64,000 nt of DNA. It comes from Spirochaetota bacterium (GTDB lineage: Bacteria > Spirochaetota > Spirochaetia > Treponematales > UBA12059). Within the stretch, counting starts at the first letter, position 1; each line of letters starts with the position of its first letter. The DNA is taken from NCBI GenBank assembly GCA_018262985.1, contig JADFDI010000002.1:266314-330313 (forward strand), in the 5' to 3' direction. The notes under the pieces were generated by a model. That model saw nothing but the letters and a program-made list of their open reading frames with translations, searched no databases and had not been told where the DNA came from. Positions 34,340 to 45,685 of this stretch are shown here, piece by piece. The position numbers and the translations under genes are program-made.

Positions 34340-35698
34340 ATGGTAGCCGCCAAGAAGATCGAGCGCCTCGAGCGCTCCCGCGCCCGCCTCGAAGTCACCG
34401 TTTCGGGCGAGGATACCCGCAAGGCCTATGACGGGCTGCTCGTCGAGTACGCGCGCAACGCCCGCGTCGACGGTTTCCGCCAGGGCAAGGTGCCCGCGTC
34501 CGTCCTGGAACGCAAGTACGGGGAGGAGCTCCGCCTCGAGGCCATGGGCCGCGTCATGGACAAGGCCGTCGAGGAGGCGCTCGAAGGCGTCGAGGAACGC
34601 CCCCTCGCCTACGACCATCCCGAGCTCGAAGGCCAGCCGGAGTTCAAGCCGGGCTCGGACTTCGCCTTCTCCATCGTGTACGACATCTTCCCGACCGTGA
34701 ACGCCGGGGACTGGAAAGGAATCGAGATCGAGCTGCCGGCCGTCGAGGTGGCCAAGGCCGACGAGGACCGCGAGCTCGAGCGCATCCGCGAGCGGAACGC
34801 CGTGGTCGTCGAGAAGGACGAGGGCGCGAAGGCCGCCAAGGGCGACATCGTCACCGTCGACTACCGCGAGCTGGACTCGTCCGGCGCGACCGTCGCCGAC
34901 AGCGCGCGCCAGGACTTCGTCTTCGAGCTCGGCACCGGCCACAACCTTTACAAGTTCGACGACGAGGTCGTCGGCATGAAGAAGGGCGAGGAGAAGACTT
35001 TCGAGAAGGCCTACCCCGCCGACTTCGAGTATCCCGAGCTCGCCGGCGCCACGAAGCGCCTCGCGGTGAAGGTGACCCAGCTCAAGGCGCGGAAGCTCCC
35101 CGACCTGGACGACGAGCTCGCCCAGGACGTCTCCGAGAAGTTCAAGACCCTGGCCGACCTCCGCGCCGACGTCCGCCGCCACCTGGAGTCGCAGCTCGAG
35201 CAGCGCCTGCGCTCGCTCAAGGAAGCCGCCATCGTCGACGCCCTGCTCGAGCGGTCCACCGTCGAGCTGCCGGAGTCCATGGTGGCCGCCGAGGTGGGCA
35301 TGCGCTGGCGCGACCTGATGCGCCAGATGGGCATCGAGGACGAGTCCCGCATGGACCGCATCGTCGAGAACTCCGGCCGCGACAAGGCGGGACTCTTCGC
35401 CGAGTGGCGCCCGTCCGCGGAGAAGGCCCTCAAGACCCGCCTCGTGCTCGAGAAGCTCGTCGCCGACGGCAAGTACGAGACGAGCGACGCGGACCTGGAG
35501 GCCGAGTACGCGAAAATGGCCGGCGACGGCGCCCTCTCCGTCGAGGAAGTCAAGGCCGAGTACCAGAAGCGCGGCATGGTCGACTACCTCAAGGACCGCG
35601 TCCGCGAGGACAAGCTGATGAACGACATCATCGCCGCGGGCAAGCTCAAGAAGGGCAAGAAGAAGGCCTTCGTGGACTTGTTCGAGGCGAATGAGTAA
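34340..35698 (+). CDS. tig: Trigger factor
   Basis: ATG 34340 follows GAGGAT; track ORF starts at GTG 34328. ARLEVTVSGEDTRKAYDGLLVEYARNARVDGFRQGKVPASVLERKYG is the ribosome-binding N-domain with the GFRxGxxP motif. An FKBP-like middle domain and a helical C-domain follow. It lies upstream of clpP-clpX. Confidence 0.95.
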   Translation: MVAAKKIERLERSRARLEVTVSGEDTRKAYDGLLVEYARNARVDGFRQGKVPASVLERKYGEELRLEAMGRVMDKAVEEALEGVEERPLAYDHPELEGQPEFKPGSDFAFSIVYDIFPTVNAGDWKGIEIELPAVEVAKADEDRELERIRERNAVVVEKDEGAKAAKGDIVTVDYRELDSSGATVADSARQDFVFELGTGHNLYKFDDEVVGMKKGEEKTFEKAYPADFEYPELAGATKRLAVKVTQLKARKLPDLDDELAQDVSEKFKTLADLRADVRRHLESQLEQRLRSLKEAAIVDALLERSTVELPESMVAAEVGMRWRDLMRQMGIEDESRMDRIVENSGRDKAGLFAEWRPSAEKALKTRLVLEKLVADGKYETSDADLEAEYAKMAGDGALSVEEVKAEYQKRGMVDYLKDRVREDKLMNDIIAAGKLKKGKKKAFVDLFEANE

Positions 35699-35718
35699 GC
35701 TATAGGCCGAGGTAACGC

Positions 35719-36339
35719 ATGAACGAGAAAATGCACAACCTGGTGCCCATCGTCATCGAGCAGACGGGCATCGGAGAGCGTTCGTACGACATCTACTCGC
35801 GCCTCCTCAAGGATCGCATCGTGTTCGTCGACGGCGAGATCAACGATCTCGTCGCCGACCTCGTGGTCGCGCAGCTCCTCTTCCTCGAGTCGCAGGACCC
35901 CGAGAAGGACATCGACATCTACGTGAATTCCCCGGGCGGCTCGGTGACGGCCGGGCTCGCCATCTACGACACCATGCAGTACATCAAGCCCGACGTGAAG
36001 ACCATCTGCGTCGGGCAGGCGTCGAGCATGGGCGCGCTCATCCTGGCCGGAGGCACGGCCGGCAAGCGCTTCGCCCTTCCCTCCTCCCGCGTGCTGATCC
36101 ACCAGCCCTGGGGCGGCGTTCAGGGCCAGGCCTCCGACATCGGCCTCCAGGCCCGCGAGATCGTCCGCCTCAAGCGGCTGACCATCGAGTACTTCGCCCT
36201 CCACGCCGGCAAGACGCCCGAGGCGGTCGCGAAGGACATGGAGCGCGACTTCTACATGTCCGCCGAGGAGGCGCTCGCCTACGGCCTCGTGGACAAGGTG
36301 CTCGAACGGAGGAAGCATGGCCCGGCAAAAGCAGACTGA
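35719..36339 (+). CDS. clpP: ATP-dependent Clp protease proteolytic subunit
   Basis: 206 aa. [17 protein letters not shown], catalytic Ser in [11 protein letters not shown] and His in LIHQPWGG. Confidence 0.97.
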   Translation: MNEKMHNLVPIVIEQTGIGERSYDIYSRLLKDRIVFVDGEINDLVADLVVAQLLFLESQDPEKDIDIYVNSPGGSVTAGLAIYDTMQYIKPDVKTICVGQASSMGALILAGGTAGKRFALPSSRVLIHQPWGGVQGQASDIGLQAREIVRLKRLTIEYFALHAGKTPEAVAKDMERDFYMSAEEALAYGLVDKVLERRKHGPAKAD

Positions 36340-37560
36340 GGCCGAGTCGCGCGCCTGCTCGTTCTGCGGCAAGAGCGCCGAGTACGCCAAGCGCATCATC
36401 GCCGGCCCGGGCGTCTACATCTGCGACGAGTGCGTCGCGGTCTGCCAGCAGATCCTCTCGGAGGAGGAGTCGAACGTCGCCACCGGCTTCACCGGGGACG
36501 TGCCGAAGCCCGCCGAGATCAAGGAATACCTCGACCAGTACGTGGTCGGGCAGGACTACGCGAAGAAGGCGCTCTCGGTGGCGGTGTACAACCACTACAA
36601 GCGCATCGCCAACCAGGGCAAGGTCCGCGACGGCGTCGAGATCGAGAAGGCCAACGTCCTGCTCATCGGCCCGACCGGCACGGGCAAGACCCTGCTGGCC
36701 CGGACCCTCGCGAAGAAGCTGAAGGTCCCCTTCGCCATCGCGGACGCCACGACCCTGACCGAGGCGGGCTACGTCGGCGAGGACGTCGAGAACATCCTCT
36801 TGAAGCTGATCCAGAACGCCGGCGGCAACATCTCGGCCGCCGAGCGCGGCATCGTCTACATCGACGAGATCGACAAGATCGCCCGCAAGACCGAGAACGT
36901 CTCGATCACGCGCGACGTCTCCGGCGAGGGCGTGCAGCAGGCCCTGCTCAAGATCATCGAGGGGACCATGGCGAACGTTCCGCCGCAGGGCGGACGCAAG
37001 CATCCCCAGCAGGAATACCTGCGCATCGACACGACGAACATCCTGTTCATCTGCGGCGGCGCCTTCGTGGGCCTCGACAAGACCATCGAATCGCGCGTCT
37101 CCAAGGCCGCCCTCGGCTTCGGCGCCGACGTGCAGTCGAAGAAGGACCGCAACTTCCGCGAGCTCTTCAAGCACCTCCACCCGGACGACCTGATCAAGTT
37201 CGGCATGATCCCCGAATTCATCGGCCGCCTGCCCATCCAGGTGGGCCTCGACGAGCTCGACCGCGACACCTTGAGGCGCGTGGCCACGGAGCCCAAGAAT
37301 TCCGTGGTCCGCCAGTACCAGGAGAACATGCGGCTCGACGGCGTCGAGCTCGTGTTCGACGAGGGAGCGCTCGACGCCATCGCGGACAAGGCCATCGCGC
37401 GCCACACCGGCGCGCGCGGGCTCCGGTCCATCGTCGAGTCGATGATGATGGACATCATGTTCGAAATTCCGAGCGTCGAAGGGGCCAAGCGCGTCCAGAT
37501 CACCCGCGAGACGGTGGAACGCGACGAGAAGCCCGAGGTCGTCTACCTGCCCAAGAGCGC

Positions 37561-37564
<4 letters not shown>
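36317..37564 (+). CDS. clpX: ATP-dependent Clp protease ATP-binding subunit ClpX
   Basis: 415 aa. Zinc-binding domain CSFCGKS...YICDECV, Walker [14 protein letters not shown], Walker [11 protein letters not shown]. The IGF-loop region is present. Confidence 0.97.
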
Positions 37565-39956
<2,392 letters not shown>

Positions 39957-39960
<4 letters not shown>

Positions 39961-41162
39961 ACGGCGTCCGCGCCCTCAGCGTCTCCGAGCTCACGCTCCT
40001 CGTCAAATCGACGCTCGAGGAAGGCTTTCCCGCGGTGCTGGTCGAGGGCGAGATCTCCAACTGGCGCCCGGCGAGCTCGGGGCACGTCTACTTCACCCTC
40101 AAGGACCGCGAAAGCCAGCTCGACGCCGTGATGTTCCGGGGCCGCGCCTCGCGCCTCGCGTTCGCGCCCCGGGACGGCCAGCTGGTTCGGGCGGCCGGCG
40201 CGCTTTCGGTCTACGCCGCGCGGGGGCGCTATCAGCTCATCGTCGAGGCGATGGATCGCGCGGGCGAGGGCGAGCTTCTGGCGGCGCTCGAGGAGCGCAA
40301 GCGGCGCCTCGCCGCCGAAGGACTCTTCGACGCGGACCACAAGCGCCCCATCCCGCGCCTGCCGCGCCGGGTCGGCGTCGTGACGAGCCCTACCGGCGCC
40401 GCCGTGCGCGACATCCTCTCTACGCTCGCGCGACGCGGAGCGGCCTGCGACGTCGTCATCCTGCCCGCGGCCGTCCAGGGGATCGAGGCGCCGTCCGAAA
40501 TCGCCGCCCGCATCCGCTACGCCAACGCGCGCGACCTCGCCGACGTCCTCATCGTAGGACGCGGAGGCGGCTCGCTCGAGGACCTGCTCGCCTTTTCCGA
40601 CGAGGAGGTGGTCCGCGCGGTGGCCGCCTCGGGTATCCCGGTCATCAGCGCCGTGGGGCACGAGATCGACTGGTCGCTCTGCGACCTGGCGGCCGACCAC
40701 CGGGCGGCCACGCCGACCGCGGCCGCGGAGTTCGTGTCGCTCGGACGGGAAGAGCTCGCGGCTTCCATCGCCGCCGCGGACCGCGACATCCGGGACGCCC
40801 TGCGCGCCCGGCTCGAGCGGGCGCGATTGGCCATCGACCGCTTCCGGCCCGAATCGCTCGAGCTGCAGTTCCACCGCATCCTGCAACCCTTGCTCCAGCG
40901 CCTCGACGACGCGAAGGAAGGTCTCGTGGACGCCTTCGACGCCTCGACGCGCGAGGCGCGCCACCGCGTCGAGCTCGCCCGCGGAGCGCTCGAGGCATCC
41001 GATCCCGACGCGGTGCTCGCCCGGGGCTACGCCGTCGTCACCTTGGTCGGCGCGAACGGGTCGGCGGTCCGCGACGCCGCGACGCTCGGGCCCGGTTCGC
41101 CCCTTTCGATCAGGTTCGCCCGCGGATCCGCGTCCGCCACCGTCGAGGAGATACGACCATGA
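39957..41162 (+). CDS. xseA: Exodeoxyribonuclease VII large subunit
   Basis: Track ORF 38466..41162 trimmed to ATG 39957 (ATGA overlap with the lon stop). OB-fold N-terminus VSELTLLVKSTLEEGFPAVLVEGEISNWRPASSGHVYFTLKD and core GVVTSPTGAAVRDIL...RGGGSLEDL. Confidence 0.93.
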
Positions 41163-41395
41163 AGAATTTCGAGGAACGGCTCGAGCGGCTCGAGGAGCTC
41201 GCCGAGACGATCAAGTCCCCCTCGCTGCCCCTCGAGGACGCGCTCTCGGTCTTCGAGGAAGGCATCAAGCTGGCTAAAGGACTCGAGAAGGAACTCGCGC
41301 GCATCGAGGCCAAGGTGGAGATCCTGACGACCAAGAGCGCGGACGGGGCGGCCGAACCCACCCTCGAGCTTTTCGACGGAGAAGGCGGAGCCTGA
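41159..41395 (+). CDS. xseB: Exodeoxyribonuclease VII small subunit
   Basis: 78 aa. FEERLERLEELAETIKSPSLPLEDALSVFEEGIKLAK. ATGA overlap with xseA. Confidence 0.9.
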   Translation: MKNFEERLERLEELAETIKSPSLPLEDALSVFEEGIKLAKGLEKELARIEAKVEILTTKSADGAAEPTLELFDGEGGA

Positions 41396-41413
41396 GGCGG
41401 AGCTGGAGGGCGC

Positions 41414-41791
41414 TCAGCTGAGAAAGCCGAGCAGGCCCCGGTCCGAATCGGCGAGGTCGAGGGCCGCGAGCCCTTCGCGCGAAACCCAGCGGAGCTCGTC
41501 GTGCTCGGGATGCTCGCGCGCATCCTCCGACAGGGTGACCGCCCAGGCCTCGAGGGTGAATCGACGCTCGCCGCGGTTGAACTCGTACACGCCGAGCCGT
41601 TCGCCGACCTCGACGTCGACGCCGAGCTCTTCGAGGTATTCGCGCTTGAGGGTTTCTACGGGGGTTTCGCCCGCCTCCATCTTCCCGCCGGGGAACTCCC
41701 AGCGTCCCCCGAGCTCGCCGCCGGGCTTGCGACGGCCGACCAGCACGAGGCCGTCCCGGATCGCGATGCCGGCCACCGAACGGGCGGGCAT
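41414..41791 (-). CDS. Nudix hydrolase (MutT-like)
   Basis: 125 aa. Nudix box GGKMEAGETPVETLKREYLEELGV. Confidence 0.85.
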   Translation of the reverse strand: MPARSVAGIAIRDGLVLVGRRKPGGELGGRWEFPGGKMEAGETPVETLKREYLEELGVDVEVGERLGVYEFNRGERRFTLEAWAVTLSEDAREHPEHDELRWVSREGLAALDLADSDRGLLGFLS

Positions 41792-42201
41792 CAGAGGAAG
41801 ATCACCTGGGCGAACAGGAAGTGGACGAAGCCGGTCACCATGGCCGCGACGCCGATGATGCGGCTCCTGTCGAGGAGCAGCCCCTCGAGCCGGGCCACCA
41901 GCTCGCTCTTGACCTCGGAGCTGTCGCGGTAGAACTCGAGCAGCAGGGTGAAACCCGAAGCCATGCCGGCGGCAGCGGGAAGAAGGTCGCCGACGACGGG
42001 GATGTCGCCGCGCATGACGGCCAGGAGCTTGAAGAAGCCGACCGAGGTGCTCATGATCCCGAGTATCAGGCGGACGATCCGGTCCGACAGGAAGCTCCTG
42101 ATGCCGTCCGTGGCCGTGCCGCGCGACGGGGCGTCGCGGGAAACGAGCGCGTAACCCGCCAGTATGGTGAGGAAGACGCTCAGGGCGTAGAACTGGATCA
42201 T
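41791..42201 (-). CDS. Small integral membrane protein, unknown function
   Basis: Track ORF 41791..42357 trimmed to ATG 42201 (MIQFYALSVFLTILAGYALV...). About four hydrophobic helices. The upstream part of the ORF is Arg/Pro-rich and looks non-coding. Confidence 0.55.
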   Translation of the reverse strand: MIQFYALSVFLTILAGYALVSRDAPSRGTATDGIRSFLSDRIVRLILGIMSTSVGFFKLLAVMRGDIPVVGDLLPAAAGMASGFTLLLEFYRDSSEVKSELVARLEGLLLDRSRIIGVAAMVTGFVHFLFAQVIFL

Positions 42202-42271
42202 GCGTCGTGCTCCATCTGGGACTCGACCGCTCCGCGGCCTAAGCCCACCATAGCGCGCGGGCCCCGCGGGG

Positions 42272-42802
42272 TCAAGGCGCGCGGGACCGGCGGAGGTCCG
42301 CGGCCAGCTCGGTCGAAGCCCCGTCGACGACCAGGCGCGCGACGAGCCGTCCGGCACTGCCGGCGCCGCGGAGGGAAAGGTAGAATTCCTGTTCGCGCGA
42401 CCCGTCGGTGAAGGACTCGAGCGTCGCCCGCTCGGTCCGTCCCTCGGCGACGAGCTCGATGCTCACCGCCAGGTCCCCGACGGCTTCGTCCCTGGCCTTG
42501 CGGTAGACCGTCACGAGCGCGTCGCCTTGGTGCGAGAGGGCGGACAGGGTCCAGACCGAGCCCCCGAGCGTCGCCCTGCCCTCGTCCCTCAGGGCGAACG
42601 TGACGATTCCGGACGAAACGATGGCGAGCAGCGCCGCGAAGGCGATGAAGCGCAGGCCCCGCGTGGCGACGAGGGCCCCGAGGAGGCCGGGACGCTTGGC
42701 GGGATCGACGCCGCTCAGCCATCGGACCTCCTCGCTGGCCCGGGAGAGCCTGCGGGCTCGGTCGTAGCGCGCGGTCGGCGCCTTGTCGTCCTCGTCGCTC
42801 AT
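42272..42802 (-). CDS. Single-pass membrane protein, unknown function
   Basis: Track ORF 42272..43531 trimmed to ATG 42802, preceded by GGAAGGAGG, with an ATGA overlap with the nnr stop. The product starts MSDEDDKAPTARYDR, has a TM segment (FIAFAALLAIVSSGIVTFAL) and a beta-rich C-terminal domain. Confidence 0.6.
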   Translation of the reverse strand: MSDEDDKAPTARYDRARRLSRASEEVRWLSGVDPAKRPGLLGALVATRGLRFIAFAALLAIVSSGIVTFALRDEGRATLGGSVWTLSALSHQGDALVTVYRKARDEAVGDLAVSIELVAEGRTERATLESFTDGSREQEFYLSLRGAGSAGRLVARLVVDGASTELAADLRRSRAP

Positions 42803-44358
42803 GGAGGCAGCCTCCTTCCCGGAACGCGGCGTCCCGCGGTCGACGCCGCGTGGATGATAACCCCAAGTTCCGCGGCCAGGTCCGAGGCCCCGTAGAATCC
42901 GAGCCTCGCGGCGAGCGCCCCGCCCGAGGCGGCGTGCGCGAGCGCGGCGGCCGCGGCCAGGGCCGCGGGGTCGAGGCGCTCCGGGTCGCCCGCGCGCGCG
43001 CGCGCCAGCAGGCCGACGAGGAGGCCGGCGAAGACGTCGCCCGAACCGGCGACGGCCAGGCTCGGCTCGAAGCCGTCCACCACGAGCGCCCGCCCTCCGG
43101 GGGCCGCGATCCAGGTGGCGACCGCCCTGACGCACAGCACGGCCCCGTAGCGGTCCGCCAGGGGGCGCGCGACCGCGAGCGGATCGTCGAGGACGGCCTC
43201 GGCGGAGACGCCCGCGAGGCGCGCGAGCTCGCCCGGGTGGGGCGTTAGGACGAGCGGCGCCTCGCGCCGGGAATCCACGCGGGCGGCCTCGAGAAGCCCG
43301 AGGGCGTCGGCGTCGAGAACCAGGGGGATTCGCTTTTCCAGCAGGCGGCGCAGCAAGGCCGGCGCGGGCGCCGCGCGGCCCCATCCGGGACCCGCCAGGA
43401 GCGCGTCCATGCCGTCGGCGAAGCGCGTTTCGTCCCGGAGCCTGCCGATAGGCGCCACGAGGCCGTCCTCGAGCCGGGAGGCGAGCGCCGGCCAGATTTC
43501 CGGCCTCGCCCGGAGGTGGACCAGGCCGCATCCGGCGGCGACGGCGCCACGGCAGGCGAGGCTCGCCGCGCCGGTGGTGCCGACCGCTCCGGCCCAGATG
43601 CCCGCCTTGCCCCTGCGGCCCTTGTGGTCGTCCGGCGCGAGCCGGGGAACGAGACGCTCCAGGTCGGAGCTTTCGACCAAACGGATGTCGGAAGCGGCCC
43701 CGGCGCCTGGCGGGAACACGCCGTCCACCTGGAGGATGGTTCCGCAGAAGGCGCGACGGGACGGCCTGAAGGCCAGCTCCTTGGGCGGAGCGACCATGAG
43801 GGTCGCGTCGGCCTTGAAGACCATCCCTCCGGTTCCCAGGCCCGCGGGAAGATCCACGGCGACGCGGAAGCCCCGGGCCCCGTTCGCGGCCCCGACCAGT
43901 CCGGCGGCCGGTTCCCTGAGGGCGCCCGCGGCGCCGGTGCCGGCCAGCCCTTCGAGCAGCGCTTCCGCGGAATCGATGGCCTCGAGGCAGGCGGCGCGTT
44001 CCGTCTGGAAATCGAGGACTTCGATCCCGAGCGCCTCGAGCCGCGCCGACTGCGCTTCCGCAGGTCCGTCCCCGAGGCCGGGAGTGAACGCCAGGACGGC
44101 CGCCATCGCCTCGGTCCGCCCCCGCTCGCGCAGCACGCGCAACGCGGCCAGCGCGTCGGCCCCGTTCGCCCCCCGGCCGGCCAGGGCCACCAGCGGGCGC
44201 CGGCCCGGGCCGTCCCCGGGGATCCGGTCGAGGATATCCTCGAGCCGCGTCGCCATGCCCCGGGCCGCGCGTTCCACGAGCTCGCCCGACCCGGTCCCCG
44301 CGGCGACGGCGTCCGCGTCGAGGGCGCGGCTCCCGTCCGTGGAAAGGAGCGGCCTCAC
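42799..44358 (-). CDS. nnr: Bifunctional NAD(P)H-hydrate repair enzyme (epimerase / ADP-dependent dehydratase)
   Basis: YjeF-N domain (LAGRGANGADALAALRVL) and carbohydrate-kinase-type C-domain (DHKGRRGKAGIWAGAVGTTGAASLA...LTPHPGELARL...AVAGSGDVFAGLL). I placed the start at GTG 44358 (GTGA overlap with the upstream stop). The track start 44394 is also possible. Confidence 0.88.
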   Translation of the reverse strand: MRPLLSTDGSRALDADAVAAGTGSGELVERAARGMATRLEDILDRIPGDGPGRRPLVALAGRGANGADALAALRVLRERGRTEAMAAVLAFTPGLGDGPAEAQSARLEALGIEVLDFQTERAACLEAIDSAEALLEGLAGTGAAGALREPAAGLVGAANGARGFRVAVDLPAGLGTGGMVFKADATLMVAPPKELAFRPSRRAFCGTILQVDGVFPPGAGAASDIRLVESSDLERLVPRLAPDDHKGRRGKAGIWAGAVGTTGAASLACRGAVAAGCGLVHLRARPEIWPALASRLEDGLVAPIGRLRDETRFADGMDALLAGPGWGRAAPAPALLRRLLEKRIPLVLDADALGLLEAARVDSRREAPLVLTPHPGELARLAGVSAEAVLDDPLAVARPLADRYGAVLCVRAVATWIAAPGGRALVVDGFEPSLAVAGSGDVFAGLLVGLLARARAGDPERLDPAALAAAAALAHAASGGALAARLGFYGASDLAAELGVIIHAASTAGRRVPGRRLPP

Positions 44359-45581
44359 TTCACCGCCGGGGCGAAGGCTTTGTCGAAGCGCCACCAGACG
44401 ACGCGCGCCTCGAAGCGCGTGGCGAGCAACGCCGAGAGTATGCCTTCGGGCGAGAGGTTGAAGGTCGCGTACTCGAGCTCGTCGAGCTCGATGGGAAGGG
44501 CGTAGCGTTTCGGCCGACGGGAATCCCGATCCATCACCGAAACGGTGAAGGAACCGTCGAGCCCGGTGGCCGAAAGGTAGATGCGGCCGGAGGCGTCGAT
44601 GCCGACGAGCTCGTGGATCGGGGGAATCGCGCCGCTCCCGGCGTTTTCCGTCTCGATGGGCGGGAGCTCGATCGATTCGGAGTAAGCGGCCCTCGCGAGA
44701 TCCATCAGGTAGAGCCTGGAGCCCGCGTACTCCACGCCGGACCCGGCGAGGGTGTCCTTCTCGACGAGCTCGCGGTAGTAGTCGATCTTGAGCCAGGCTC
44801 CGTCGCCCCGCGGATCCGCCACGATCTTCTCGAGGTTCGCGAAGAGCCGCTCGCCCTCCGGGACGGGCAGCGCGGAACGGCGGACGCGGACCGAGGAGAG
44901 CAGGGCCCCGTTCGCGTCGTACCGGAAGAGCAGCCAGCCGTCCTTCGTCATCGACACCACTAGGCAGCCGCCGTCTGCGACCGCGTAGATGCCGTCGATG
45001 TAGGGGAAGGGCGTGCCGCCGAGTCCTTCCTGCCCGAGGAAGTCGAGGAAGGCCCCCTCGCGCGAGAAGCGGAGCACGACGTAGTCGAGCGGGACGCCGA
45101 TGTCCTCGTCGACGAGCCGGCGTTCCGCCGGCAGGCGGTCCTCCACGTAGAGCATGCCGCTCGAACCGACGGCGATCTCGCCGGGAACGGCCAGCGGGTA
45201 GCGGCGGGCGACCCGGCCGCTCCCTTCCTCGCCCTGGTCGAGGGCCTTGAGGGAAAGGGGCTCGGGGTTGCGCTCCGGGTCGAACACGAGCGAGAGCAGG
45301 TCTCCGAACGAGGAGAAGGACAGCACCTTTCCCGACGACCCGTTGGTGACGAAGAAGATGCCGTCGCGCATGGCGATGCGGGTCTTCGCCGGAGCCGCGG
45401 CCGAGCTCGAGCGGAACAGGTCCAGCTGGTCCTCGAGGACTCCGTAGGAGAGCGTGAAAAGCTGCTCCCGCGGCACCTGCTCGAGAGCGCCCTCCGGCGC
45501 GCAGGACGCGGCCAGAAGCAGGACCGGCACCAGGGCGAGGAACGCGACGGGGGGCGTGGAACGGCGATGCGTTATCTTCAA
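44355..45581 (-). CDS. Probable lipoprotein, beta-rich, unknown function
   Basis: Track ORF 44355..45692 trimmed to TTG 45581 (AAGGAG 7 nt upstream). This leaves room for the divergent secA promoter. The N-terminus [26 protein letters not shown] is a signal peptide ending in Cys. Confidence 0.7.
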   Translation of the reverse strand: MKITHRRSTPPVAFLALVPVLLLAASCAPEGALEQVPREQLFTLSYGVLEDQLDLFRSSSAAAPAKTRIAMRDGIFFVTNGSSGKVLSFSSFGDLLSLVFDPERNPEPLSLKALDQGEEGSGRVARRYPLAVPGEIAVGSSGMLYVEDRLPAERRLVDEDIGVPLDYVVLRFSREGAFLDFLGQEGLGGTPFPYIDGIYAVADGGCLVVSMTKDGWLLFRYDANGALLSSVRVRRSALPVPEGERLFANLEKIVADPRGDGAWLKIDYYRELVEKDTLAGSGVEYAGSRLYLMDLARAAYSESIELPPIETENAGSGAIPPIHELVGIDASGRIYLSATGLDGSFTVSVMDRDSRRPKRYALPIELDELEYATFNLSPEGILSALLATRFEARVVWWRFDKAFAPAVK

Positions 45582-45650
45582 GGCTGGACTCCTTCTCAGG
45601 TTTAGCCTCCGCCGCGAGGGGCTGTCAACCGACGCGGAACGGGTCCGAGC

Positions 45651-45679
45651 TTGACCGCCCATATCAAAGTAAGTACCAT
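45651..45679 (+). promoter_or_regulatory. Sigma70-type promoter abutting the secA ATG (leaderless geometry)
   Basis: TTGACC (45651-45656), N17, TACCAT (45674-45679), N6 (CCCCGC), ATG 45686. There is no SD. Confidence 0.5.
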
Positions 45680-45685
45680 CCCCGC

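Noticed and set aside
33174-34422. ORFs overlapping the tRNA cluster (33174..33647 -, 33569..33817 +, 33811..34047 +, 33896..34117 -, 34006..34422 -, 34130..34327 +), plus a ~46-codon ORF starting at ATG 33489
   Set aside because: They run through five well-folded tRNA genes and their spacers. They have no SDs and implausible products.
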